64,000 bases of DNA from the human T2T-CHM13v2.0 reference genome, Homo sapiens, in assembly GCF_009914755.1 (NCBI RefSeq), contig NC_060939.1; one strand, written 5' to 3'. The notes beneath the pieces were generated by a model that made no database searches, had not been told where the DNA came from, and saw only the letters and a list, made by a program, of their open reading frames with translations. The number at the start of each line of letters is the position of its first letter. The first letter of the stretch is position 1. Below, one piece after another: positions 41,801 to 55,100 of this stretch. The position numbers and the translations under genes are program-made.

Positions 41801-44800
41801 GAGTTGCAGCTGTCTTTTGGTGGAGCAGTTTTGAAACTCCCTTTTTGTAAGATCTGCAAGTGGATATCTGGATCCCTTTACAACCTTCTGTGGAAAAATA
41901 AATATCTTCACATAAAAGCTACTCAGAAGCATTCTGAGAAACTTCTTATTGATGTGTGCTTTCATCTCAGAGAGTTGAATATTTCTTTTGATGAGCAGTT
42001 TGGAATCACAGTTTTTGTAGAATCTGCAAGTGGATATTTGGAGCGCTTTGTGTCCTATGGTGGAAAAGGAAATATCTTCAGATAAAAACTAAACAGAAGC
42101 ATTCAGAGAAATTTCTTTGCCATGTGTGCATTCATCTCACAGAGTTGAAACTTTCTTTTGATTGAGCAGTTTTGAAACAATCTTTATGTACAATCTGCAA
42201 GTGGATACTTGGAGAGCTTTGAGGCCTATGGTGGAAAAGAAAATATCTTTTCTAAAAACTACACAGAAACTTTCAGAGAAACTTCTTTGTGATGTGTGCA
42301 TTCACCTAAAGTGTTGAAGGTTTCCTTTGATTGAGCAGTTTTGAAACACTCTTTTTGTAGAATGTGCAAGTGGATATTTGGAGCGATTTGGGGCCTATTG
42401 TGGAAATTGAAATATCTTCCCATAAATCTACACAGAAGCATTCTGAGAAACTTCTTTTTGATGTGTGTATTCAACTCAGAGTTGAAACTATCTTTTGATT
42501 GAGCAGTTTAGAACCTTTATGTAGAATCTGCAAGTGGATATTTGGAACCCTATGAGCCCTATGGTGGAAAAGGAAATATCTTCAAATACAAAATACACAG
42601 AAGCATTCAGAGAAACTTCTTTGTGATGAGTGCCTTCATCACACAGACTTGAACCTTTCTTTGGATTGAGTAGTTTTGAAACACTCTTTTCGTAGAATCT
42701 GCAAGTGAATATTTGGAGGGCTTTGAGGCTTATTTTGGAGAAGGAGATATCTTCATATAAAAACTACACAGAAGCATTCTGAGAAACATCTTTGTGATGT
42801 GTGCATTCAAGTCACGGAGGTGCACCTATCTTTTGATGGAGCTGTTTTGAATCTCTCTTCTTGTAGATTCTGAAAGTGGATATTTGGAGCACTTTGAGGT
42901 CTACTGTGGAAAATCAAATATCTTCACATAAGAACTACACAAAAGGATTCTGAAAAACTATTTTGTGATGTGTGCATTCAACTCACAGAGTTGAACTTAT
43001 CTTTTGAATGAGGAGATTTGAAACTCTCCTTTTGCAGTATCTGCAAGTGGACATTTGAAGCCCTTTGAGGCTTACTATAAAAAAGCAAATATCTTCACAT
43101 AAGAACTAAACAGAAGCATTCTGAGAAACTACTTTGTGATGTGTGCATTCAACTCACAGAGTTGAACCTATCTTTTGATTGAGCAGTTTAAAATATTTTT
43201 TTTTTTTGTAGAATCAGCAAGTGGATATTTGGAGCCCTTTGCTACCTTTGGTGGAAAAGGAAATACCTTCAAATAAAAACTACATAGAAGCATTCTGAAA
43301 AATTTCTTGGTGATGTGTGCATTCTTCTCACAGGGTTAAACCTATCTAATGACTGAGCAGTCTTGAAACACTCATTTTGTAGAAACTGCAAGTGGTGCGC
43401 TTTGAGGGCTTCGTGGAAAAGCAAATATCTTCACATAAAAACTACACAGAAGCATTCTGAGAAACTTCTGCGTGATGTGTGCATTCATCTCACAGTGTTG
43501 GACGTTTCTTTTGATTGAGCAGTTTTGAAACACTCTTTTTGTAGAATCTGCAAGTGGATATTTGGAGCGCTTTGAGGCCTAATGTGGAAAATCAAATATC
43601 TTCACATAAAAACTACACAGAGGCATTCTGAGAAACTTCTTTGTTTTGTGTGCATTCAACTCACATAGTTGAAGTTATCTTTTGATTGAGATGCTTTGAA
43701 TCTCCTTTTTGCAAAATCTGCACGTGGATATTTGGAGCCCTATTTCACCCTATAGTGGAAAAGCAGATATCTTCACATAAACAAACACTACACAGAAGCA
43801 TTCAGAGAAAGTTCTTTGTGATGTGTGCATTGAACATGCAGAGTTGAAACTATCTTTTCATTGTACAGTTTTGAATATCTCTTTTTGTAGAATCTGCAAG
43901 TGGAAGTTTGGAGCTCTTTGCACCCTGTGGTGTAAAAGGAAATATCTTCATATAAAAACTACACAGAAGCATTCAGAGAGACTTCTTTGTGATGAATGCA
44001 TTCCTCACACAGAGTTGAATCTTTCTTTTTATTGAGTAGTATTGAAACCTTCTTTTTGCAGAATCATCAAGTGGATATTTGGAGAGCTTTGAGGCCTGTT
44101 TTGGAAAAGGAAATGTCTTCAAATTAAAACTACACAGAAGCATTCTGAGAAACTTCTGTGGGATGTGTGCATTCAACTCTCAGAGTTGAACCTATCTTAT
44201 GATGGAGCAGTTAGGAAACACTCTTTGTAGAATCTGCAAGTGGATACTTAGAGCGATTTGAGGTCTACTGTGGAAAAGGAAATATCTTCACATAAAAACA
44301 ACACAGAAGCACTCTGAGAAACTTCTTTGTGATGTGTGAATTCAACTCACAGAGCTGAACCTATCTTTTGATGGAGTAGTTTAGAATCTCTCTTTTTTTA
44401 GAATCTGCAAGTGGATATTTGGAGTGCTTTGAGACCTACTGTGGAAAAGCAAATATCTTCACATAAAAACTAGACAGAAGCATTCTGAGATACATCTTTG
44501 TGATGTGTGCATTCATCTCATGGTGTTAAACCTTTCTTTTGATGGTTCAGTTTTGAAACACTTTTTGTAGAATCTGGAAGTGGATATTGGGAGCCCTTTG
44601 AGGCCTATGGTGGAAAAGGAAATATCTTCAAATAAAAACTACACAGAAGCATTCTGAGAAACTTCTTTGTGATGTGTACATTCATCACACAGAGTTGAAA
44701 CTTTCTTTTCATTGAGCAGTTTTGAAACACCGCTTTTGTAGAATCTGGAAGTTGATATTTGCAGGGCTTTGAGGTCTATTTTGGAAAAGAAAATATCTTC

Positions 44801-47800
44801 ACTTAAAAACTATGCAGAAATATTGTGAGAAACTTCTTTGTTATGTGTGCATTCAACTCACAGAGTTGAACCTATCTTTTGATTGAGCAGTTTTGAATCT
44901 CTTATTTTGCAGAATCTGCAAGAGGATATTTGGAGCCCTTTGCTATCTATGGTGGAAAAGGAAATACCTTCAAATAAAAACTACACAGAGGCATTCCGAG
45001 AAACTTCTTTGTGATTGTGCATTCAACTCACAGAGTTAAACCTATCTTATGATTGACCAGTTTGGGAACACTCTTTTCATAGGATCTGCAAGTGGATATT
45101 TGGCGTCCTTTGAGGTCTATCGTGGAAAAGCAAATAACTTCAGATAAAAACTATACAGAAGCATTCTGAGAAACTTCTTTGTGATGTGTGCATTCATCTC
45201 ACAAAGTTGAAACTTTATTTTGATTGAGCAGTTTTGAAACACTCTTTTTGTAGAATCTGCAAGTGGATAATTGGGGAGATTTGAGGAATATTGTGGAAAA
45301 GCAAATATCTTCCGATAAAAACTACACAGAAGCCTTCTGAGAAACATCTTTGTGAGGTTTGCATTCAACTCACAGAGTAGAAGCTATCTTTTGATTGAGG
45401 AGTTTTGAATCTCTCTTTTTTTCAGAATCTGCAAGTGGATATTTGGAGTGCTTTGAGGTCTACTTTTGAAAATCAAATATCTTCCCTTAAAAACTACACA
45501 GAAGCATTCTCAGAAATTGTTTGTCATGTGTGCTTCCTAATCACCGAGTTGAACCTATCTTGTGATTGAGCAGTTTTGAATCTCTCTTTTTGTAGAATCT
45601 GCAAATGGATATTTTTAGTCCTTTGTAGACTGTGGTGGAAAAGGAATTATCTTGAAATCAATTCTACACAGAAGCATTCAGACAAACTTCTTTGTGATGA
45701 GTGCATTCGTCACACAGAGTTGATCCTTTCCTTTGATTGAGCAACTCTGAAACACTCTTTTAGAGGGTCTGCAAGTGGATATTTTAGAGCTTTGGGACAA
45801 TTGTGGAAAAGTAAATATCTTCACATAAAAACTACACAGAAGCATTCTGAGAAACTTCTTTGTGAGATGTGCATTCAACTCAGAGTTGAACCTATCTTTT
45901 CATTGAGCAGTTTTGAATCTCTCTTTTTGTAGACTCTGCTTGCGGATATTTGAAGAGCTTTGAGGCCTATTGTGGAAAAGGAAATATCTTCACATAAAAA
46001 CGTACAGAAGCATTCTGAGAAACTTCTTTGTGAGGTGTGCATTCAACCACAGAGTTGAACCTATCTTTTGATTGAGAAGTTTTGAATCTCTCTTTTTGTA
46101 GAAGCTGCATGTGGATATTTGGAGACGTTTGTGGCCTATGGTGGAAAAGGAAATACCTTCAAATAAAAACTAGACAGAAGCATTTTGAGAAACTTCTCTG
46201 CTGTGTGCATTCCTATCACAGGGTTGAAACTACCTTTTGATTGAGCAGTTTTGAATCTCTCTTTTTGTACCATCTGCAAGTGGATATTTGGAGCCCTTTG
46301 TGGTCTATGGTGGAAAAGGAACTATCCTCAAATAAAAACTACACAGAAGTATTCTGAGAAACTTCTTCGTGATGTGTGCATTCATCTCACAGAGTTGAAC
46401 CTTTGTTTTGCTTGAGCAGTTTTGAGACCATCTTTCCATAGGATCTGGAAGTGAATATTTGGAGGGCTTTGAGATCTATTTTGGAGAAGGAGATATCTTC
46501 ATATAAAAACTACACAGAAGCATTCTGAGAAACATCTTTGTGAGGTGTGCACTGAAGTCACAGAGTTCAAACTACCTTTTGATTCAGCAGTTTTGAATCT
46601 CTCTTTTTGCAGAATCTGTGAGTGGATATTTGGAGAGCTTTGTGGCCCACTGTGGAAAACCAAATATCTTCACATAAAAACTACACAGAAGCATCCTGAG
46701 AAACTTCTTTGTGATGTGGTCTTTCAACTAATAGAGTTGAACCTATCTTTCGATTGAGCAGTTTTGAATCTCTCTTTTTGCAGAATCTGCAAGTGGATAT
46801 TTGGAGAACTTTGAGGCCTACTGTGGAAAATCAAATATCTTCCCATAAAAACTGCACAGAAGCATTCTGAGAAACTTCATTGTTTTGTGTGCATTCAACT
46901 CACAGAGTTGAACCTATCTATTGATTGAGCAGTTTTGAAAAACTCTTTTTGTAGAAACTGCAAGTGGATATTTGAAGCCCTTTGCGCCCTGTGGTGGAAA
47001 AGGAAATATCTTCAAATAAAAACTACACAGAAGCATTCAAAGAAACTTCCTTGTGAAGTGTGCATTCATCTCACAGAGTTGAACCTTTCTTTTGATTGAG
47101 CAGTTTTGAAACACTCTTTCTGTAGAATCGGCAAGTGGATATTTGGAGCTATTTGAGGCCTACTGTGGAAAAGGAAATATCTTCACATAAAAACTACACA
47201 GAAGCATTCTAAGAAACTTATTTGTGATGTGTGCTTTCACTTCACAGAGTTGAACCTATCTTTTGATTGAGCAGTTTTGAAACTCTCTTTTTGTGGAATC
47301 TGCAAGTGGATATTTGGAGCCCTTTGCAGCCTATGGTGGAAAAGGAAATATTTTCAAATAAATAATACACAGAAGCATTCAGAGAATCTTCTTCGTGGTG
47401 AGTGCATTCATCACAGAGAGTTGAACTTTTCCTTTGATTGAGCAGTTTTGAAACACTCTTTTTGCAGGACCTGCAGGTGAATATTTTAGTGTTTTGAGGC
47501 CAAATGTGGAAAATCAAATATCTTCACATAAAAACTACACAGAAACATTCTGGGAAACTTCTTAGGGAGGTGTGCATTCAACTCACAGAGTTGAACCTAT
47601 CTTTTCATTGAGCAGCATTGAGTCTCTCTTTCTGTAGAATCTGCAAGTGGATATTTGGAGAGATTTGAGGCCTATTGTGGAAAAGAAAATATCTTCACAT
47701 AAAAACTACACAAAAGCATTCTGAGAAACTTCTTTGTGAGGTATGCATTGAACTCACAGAATTGAACCTATCTTTTGATTGAGCCGTTTAGATTATCTCT

Positions 47801-50800
47801 TTTTGTAGAATCTGCAAGGGGATATTTGGAGCCCTTAGCAGCCTATGGTGGAAAAGCAAATATCATCAAATAAAAACTACACAGAAGCATTCTGAGAAAC
47901 ATCTTTATGATGTTTGCATTCATCTGACAGGGTGGAACCTGTCTTTTGATTGAGTAGTTTAGAATCTCTCTTTTTGTAGAATCTGCAAGTGGTTATTTGA
48001 GGCCCTATTTCACCCAATAGTGGAAAAGCAAATATCTTCAAATAAAAACTACACAGAAGCATTCAGAGAAACTACTTTGTAATGAGTGCATTCATCACAC
48101 AGAGTTGAACGTTTGTTTTGATTGATCAGTTTTGAGACATTCTTTCCATAGAATCTGAAAGTGAATATTTGGAGGGCTTTGAGTACTATTTTGGAGAAGG
48201 AGATATCTTCATATAAAAACTACATAGAAGCATTCTGAGAAACTTCTTTGTGAGGTGTGCATTGAACTCAAAAAGTTGAATCTATCTTTTGATTCAGCAG
48301 TTTTGAATCTCTCTTTTTTGCAGAATCTGAGAGTGGATATTTGGAGCTCTTTGAGACCTACTGTGGAAAATCAAATATCTTCACATAAAAACTACACAAA
48401 AGTATTCTGGGAAACCTCTTTGTGATTAGTACACTCATGTCACAGAATTGATCCTTTCTTTTGATAGAGATGTTTTGAAACACTGTTTTTGTAGAATCTA
48501 CAAAGGGTTATTTGGTGGAAAAGGAAATATCCTCAAATAAAAACTACACAGAAGCATTCTGAGAAACTTCATTGTGATGTGTGCATTCAACTCACAGACT
48601 TGAACCTATTTTTTGATTGAGCAGTTTTGAATCTCTCTTTTTGTAGAATCTGCAAGTGGATATTTGGAGCCCTTAGTGCCCTGTGGTGGAAAAGGAAATA
48701 TTTTCAAATAAAAACTACAAAGAAGCATTCAGAGAAACTTCCTTGCGATGTGTGCATTCATCTCACAGAGTTGAAACTTTCTTTTGACTGAGCAGTTTTG
48801 AAACACTCGTTCTGTAGAATCTGCAAGAGGATATTTGGAGCACATTGAGACCTACATTGGAAAATCAAATATCTTCCATAAAAAGTACACAGAAGCATTC
48901 TGAGAAACTTCTTTGTCATGTGTGCTTTCAAATCACATAGTTGAACCTATCTTTTGAATGAGCAGTTTTTAATCTCTCTTTTTAAAGAATCTGCAAGTGG
49001 ATATTTGGAGCCCTTTTTGACCTATGGTAGAAAAGGAAATATCTTCAAATAAAAACTACACAGAAGCATTCTGAGAAACTTCTTTGAGATGTGTGCATTC
49101 GTCTTTCGGGGATGAACCTATCTTATGATTGAGCAGTTTTGAAACATTCTTTTTGTAGTATCTGCAAGTTTATATTTAGAGCCCTTAGAGGCCTCCATGG
49201 AAAAGCAAATATCCTCACATTAAAACTACACAGAAGCATTCTGAGAAACTTCTTTGTGTTGTGTGCACTCATCTCACAGAGTTGACACTTTCTTTTTATT
49301 CAGCACTATTGAAACACTCTTTTTGTATAATCTTCAAGTGGATAATTGGAGCCTTTTGAGGCCTATTGTGGAAAAGGAAATATCTGCACATAAAAACTAG
49401 GCAGAAGAATTCTGAGAAACTTCTTTGTGAGATTTGCTTTCAACTCACAGAGTTGAACATATCTTTTAATTGAGTAGTTTTGAATCTCCCTTTTTGCCGT
49501 ATCTGCAAGTGGATATTTGGAGCACTTTGAGGCCTACTGTGGAAAATCAATTATCTTCCCATAAAAACTACACAGAAGTAGTCTGAGACACTTCTTTGTG
49601 ATGTGTGCTTTCAACTCACAGTGTCAGACATATCTTTTGAATGAACAGTTTTGAATCTCTCTTTTTGAAGTATCTGCAAGTGGATATTTGGAGAGCTTTG
49701 AGACCTATTTTGGAAAAGGAAAGACCTTCACATAAAAACTACACAGAAGCATTTTGAGAAACTTCTTTGTGAGTTGTGCATTCAACTCACAGAGTTGAAC
49801 TTATCTTGTCATTGAGCACTTTTGAATCTCTTTTTGTAGAATCTGCAAGTGGATATTTTGAGCCCTTTGTGCTCTATGGTGGAATAGGAAATATCTTCAA
49901 ATAAAAACTACACAGAAGCATTCAGAGAAACTTCTTTGTGATGAATGCATTCCTCACACAAAGTTGAACCTTTCTTTTTATTGAGCAGTTTTGAAACACC
50001 CTTTTTGCAGAATGGCCAATTGGATATTTGGAGAGTTTTGAGGCCTATTGTGTAAAAGGAAATATCCTCAAATAAAAACTATACAGAAGCATTCTGAGAA
50101 ACTTCATTGTGATGTGTGCATTCAACTCACAGAGATGAACCTATCTTTTGACTGAGCAGTTTTGAATCTCTCTTTTTGTAGAATCTGCAAGTGAATATTT
50201 GGAGCCCTTTGTGCCCTATGGTGGAAAAGGAAATATCTTCATATAAAAACTACACAGAAGCATTCAGAGAAACTTCTTTGTGATGAATACATTCCTCACA
50301 CAGAGTTGAACTTTTCTTTTTATTGAGCAGTTTTGAAACGTCCTTTTTGAAGAATGACCAAGTGGATATTTGTACAGTGTGGAGCATATTGTGGAAAAGG
50401 AAATATCTTCACTTTAAAACTACGCAGAAGCATTCTGAGAAAATTGCTTCTGATGAGTGCATTCATCACACAGAGTTGAAACTTTATTTTTATTGAGCAG
50501 TTTTGAAACACTCTTTTTGCAGAATCAGCAAGTGGATATTTGGAGAGCTTTGAGGCCTGTTGTGGAAAAGGAAATATCTTGAAATAAAAACTACACCGAA
50601 GCATTCTGAGAAACTTCTTTGTGATGTGTGCATTCATATCACAGGTTTGAACCTAACTTATGATTGAGCAGTTTTGAAACACTCTTTTTGTAGAATCTAC
50701 AAGTAGATATTTGGAGTGATTTGAGGCCTATTGTAGAAAAGGAAATGTCATCAAATAAATACTACACAGAAGCATTCAGAAAAACTTTTATGTTATGAGT

Positions 50801-52100
50801 GCATTCATCACACAGAGTTGAAACTTTCCTTTGACTGAACAATTTTGAAACACTCTTTTTGCAGAATCTGCAAGTGCGTATTTTAGAGCTTTGAGTACAA
50901 TTGTGGAAAAGGAAATATCTTCACATAAAAACTACACAGAAGCATTCTGAGACACTTCTTCATGATGTGTGCATTCACCTCACTGGGTTATACCTATCTT
51001 ATGATTGAGCAGTTTAGAAACACTCTTTTTGTAGAATATGCAAGTGTATATTTGGAGCACATTGGGGCCTACCGTGGAAAAGGAAATATCTTCACATAAA
51101 AACTACACAGAAGCATTCTGAGAAACTTCTTTTTGACGTGTGCATTCATCTCACAGAAATGAAACTTTCTTTTCATTGAGCAGTTTTGAAAAACTGTATT
51201 TGTAGAATCTGCAAGTGGATATTTGGAGAGCTTTGAGGCCTATTTTGGAAAAAGAAATATCTTCACATAAAAACTACACAGAAGCATTCTGAGAAACTTC
51301 TCTGTGAGGTGTGCATTCAACTCACAGAGTCGAACCCATCTTTTGATTGAGCAGTTTTGCATCTCTCTTTTTGCAGAACCTGCAAGTGGATATTTGGAGT
51401 GCTTTGAGGCCTATAGTGGAAAAGGAAATATCTTCACATAAAAACTACACAGAGGCATTCTGAGAAAATACTTTGTGATGTGTGCATTCAACTCACAGAG
51501 TTGAACCTACTTTTGATTGAGCAGTTTAGAATCTCTGTTTTTGCAGAATCTGCAACTGGATATTTGGAGAGATTTGAGGCCTATTGTGGAAAAGGAAATA
51601 TCTTCACATAAAAACTACACAGAGGCATTCTGAGAAAGTACTTTGTGATGTGTGCATTCAACTCACAGAGTTGAACCTATCTTTTGATTGAGCAGTTTTG
51701 AATCTCTCTTTTTGTAGCATCTGCAGGTGGATATTTGGAGCCCTTTGTGGCCTACAGTGGAAAAGGAAATATCTTCAAATAAAAACTAAAAAGAATCATT
51801 CCGGGAAAAGTCTTTGTGCTGAGTGCATTCATCACAAAGTGTTGAATCTCTCTCTTGACTGAGTAATTTGGAAACACTCTTTTTGTAGAATCTGGAAGTC
51901 GATATTTGAAAAGCTTTGTGGTCTATTTTGGAAAAGGAAATATCTTCAGATAAAAACTACACAGAAGCTTTCTGGGAAACTTCGTTGTTAGCTGTGCATT
52001 CAAGTCACAGATTTTAACCTATCTTTTGATAGAGCAGTTTTGAAACTCGCTTTTTGTAGAATCCGCAAGTGGATATTTGGAGTTTTTTGCGGCCTATGTT
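35861..52100 (+). repeat. Alpha satellite, inverted block: type A monomeric domain with two sub-styles
   Basis: CTACACAGAAGC/GTGGATATT monomers. TTTGATAGAGC..GAAACTCTC is common to ~42.4 kb and TTGAATCTCTC/TCAAATAAAAAC afterwards. Confidence 0.92.
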
Positions 52101-55100
52101 AGAAAATTAAATACTCTCACCTAAAATCTATACAGAAGCTATCTGAGAAATTTGTTTGTGATGTGTGCATTCATCTCAAAGAGTTGAACCTTTCTTTTGA
52201 TTGAGCAGTTTCAAAACATTCTTTTTGTAGAATCTGCAAGTGGACATTTGGAGCGCTTTGTGGCCTATGGTAGAAAAGGAAATATCTTCACATAAAATCT
52301 AGACACAAGCAACCCGAGAAACTTCTTTGTGATGTGTGCATTTATCTCACAGAGTGAAATCTTTCTTTTGATAGAGCAGTTTTGAAACACTCTTTTTGCA
52401 GAATCTGCAAGTGGACATTTGGAGTGCTTTGTGGCCTTCGGTGGAAAAGGAAATAACATAAAATCTAGACAGAAGCAATCTGAGAAACTTCTTTGTGATG
52501 TGTGCGTTCATCTCACAGAGTTGATCTTTTTTTTGATGGAGCAGATTTGGAACTCTCTTTTTGTAGTATCTGCAAGTGGAAAATGGGAGTGCCCTGTGAC
52601 CTATTGTGGAAAATAAATTATCTTCACTTAAAAACTACACAGGAGAATTATGAGAAACTTCTTTGTGATGTGTGCGTTCATCTCACTGAGTTGAATCTTT
52701 TTTTTGATTGAGCAGTGTGGAAACACTCTTTTTGTTGAATCTGCAAGTGGACATTTGGAGTAAGTTGTGGCATATGGTAGAAAAAGAAATATCCTCACAT
52801 AAAATCTATATAGAAGCAATCCGTGAAACTTCTTTGTAATGTGTGCATTCATCTCACAGAGTTAAAAATTTCTTTTGATAGAGCAGTTTTGAAACTCTCT
52901 TTTGTAGAATCTGCAAGTGAACATTTGGAGCACTTAAAGGCCGACGGTGGAAAAGGAAATATCTTCACATAAAAACTAGACAGAAGAATTCCGAGAAACT
53001 TCTTTGTGATGTGTGGCTTCATCTTACAGATTTGAACCTTTCTTTTGATTGAGCAGTTTGGAAACACTATTTTTGTAGAATCTGCAAGTGGATATTTGGA
53101 GCGCTTTGCAGCCTAAGGTAGAAAAGGAAATATCTTTACATAAAATCTAGAGAGAAGCAGTCTGAGAAACTTATTTGTGATGTGTGCATTCATCTCACAG
53201 AGTTAAACCTTCCTTTTGATTGAGAAGTCTTGAACTCTCTTTTTGAAGGATCTGCAAGTGGACATTTATAGCACTTTGTGGCTGACGTTAGAAAACGAAA
53301 TATCTTCACATAAAATCTAGACAGAAGCAATCTTAGAAACTTCTTTGTGATGTGTGCATTCATCTCACGGAGTTAACGCTCTCTTTTGTTTGAGCAGTTC
53401 TGAAACTCTCTTTTGTTGAATCTGCAAGATGACATTTGGGACGCTTTGACGCCAATAGTGGAAAAGGAAATATCTTCACATAAAAACTAGATAGAAGCAT
53501 TCTGAGAAACTTTTTGTGATATGCGCATTCATCTCCCAAAGAAGAACATTTCCGTTGATGGACCAGTTTTGAAACACTCTTTCTGTAGAATCTGCAAGTG
53601 GACATTTCAAGCGCCTTGAGGCCTGTGGTGGAAAAGGAAATATCTTCACATAAAAACTAGACAGAAGAATTCTGAGAAACTTCTTCATGATGTGTGTGTT
53701 CATCTCACAGAGTTGAACCTTTCTTTTGATTTAGCAGTATGGAAACACTCTTTTTGTATAATTTGTAAGTGGATATTTGGAGAGCGTTGTGGCCAATGGC
53801 AGAAAATTAAATATCTTCACATAAAATCTAGACAGAAGTAATCTCAAAATCTTCTTTGTGATGTGTGCATTCACCTCAAAGAGGTAAACCTTTCTTTTGA
53901 TTGAGGAGTTTGAAAATCTTTTTGTAGAATCTGCAAGTGGATATTTGGAAAAGGAAATATCCTCACATAAAAACTAGGCAGATGTATACAGATAAATATC
54001 TTTGTGATGTCTGCATTCATCTCATAGAGGTAAACCTTTCTTTTGACTGAGCAGTTTGGAAGCAAACGTTTTTGAGAATCTACAAGTGGACATTTTGTGC
54101 ACTTTGTGGCCTATTGTAGAAAAGGAAATATCTTCACATAAAATCTAGATAGAAGTAACCTGAGCAATTTCTTTGTGATGTGTGCATTTATCTCACAGAG
54201 TTGAATCTTTCCTTTGATTGAGCAGTTTGGAAACAATCTTTTTGTAGGATCTGCATGTGGACATTAGGAGGGCTTTGCGGCCTATGGTAGAAAAGGAAAT
54301 ATCTTCACATAAAATCTAGACAGAAGCAATCTGAAAATCTTCTTTGCGCTGTGTGCATTCATCTCACAGAGTTAAAACTTTTCTTTTGATAGATTAGTTT
54401 TGAAACTGTCTTTTTATAGAATCTGCAAGTGGACATTTGGAGCGGTTTGAGATCTATTGTGGAAAAGGAAACATCTTCATATGAAAACTAGAGAGAAGAA
54501 TTCTGAGAAACTACTTTGTGATGTGTGCGTTCATGCCAGAGTTGAATGTGTCTTTTGATGGAGCAGTTTGGAAACACTCTTTTTGTGGAAACTGCATGTA
54601 GACTCTTGGAGCGATTCGCGGCCTATGGCAGAATAGGAAATATCTTCACATAAAATCTAGACAGAACAAATCTGAGAAACTTCTTTCTGATGTGTGCATT
54701 CATTTCAGAGAGTTAAACCTTTTCTTTTGATTGAGGTGTTTTGAAACTCTCTGTTTGTAGAATCTGCAAGTGGACATTTTGAGCGATTTCAGGCCTATAG
54801 TGGGAAAGGAAATATCTCCACATAAAAACTAGACAGAAGAATTCTTAGAAACTTCTTCATGATGTGGGTGTTCATCTCACAGAGTTGAAGCTTTCTTTTG
54901 TTGAGCAACTTGGAAACATTCTTTTTGTAGAATCTGCAAGTGCACATTTGGAACGCTTTGCGGCCTGTGATAGAAAAGGAAATATCTTCACATAAAATCT
55001 AGATGGAAGTAATCTGAAAAACCTCTTTGTGATATGTGCACTCATCTCACAGAGTTTAACCACTCTTTGGTTTAAGGAGTTTTGAAACTCTTTTTGTAGA

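Noticed and set aside
52436-52454. CENP-B-box-like CTTCGGTGGAAAAGGAA (also CTTCGTGGAAAAGCAAA at ~43409)
   Set aside because: Lacks the essential CGGG of TTCGnnnnAnnCGGG; these are mutated A-type/pJalpha boxes. No canonical box was seen, although the scan was by eye.
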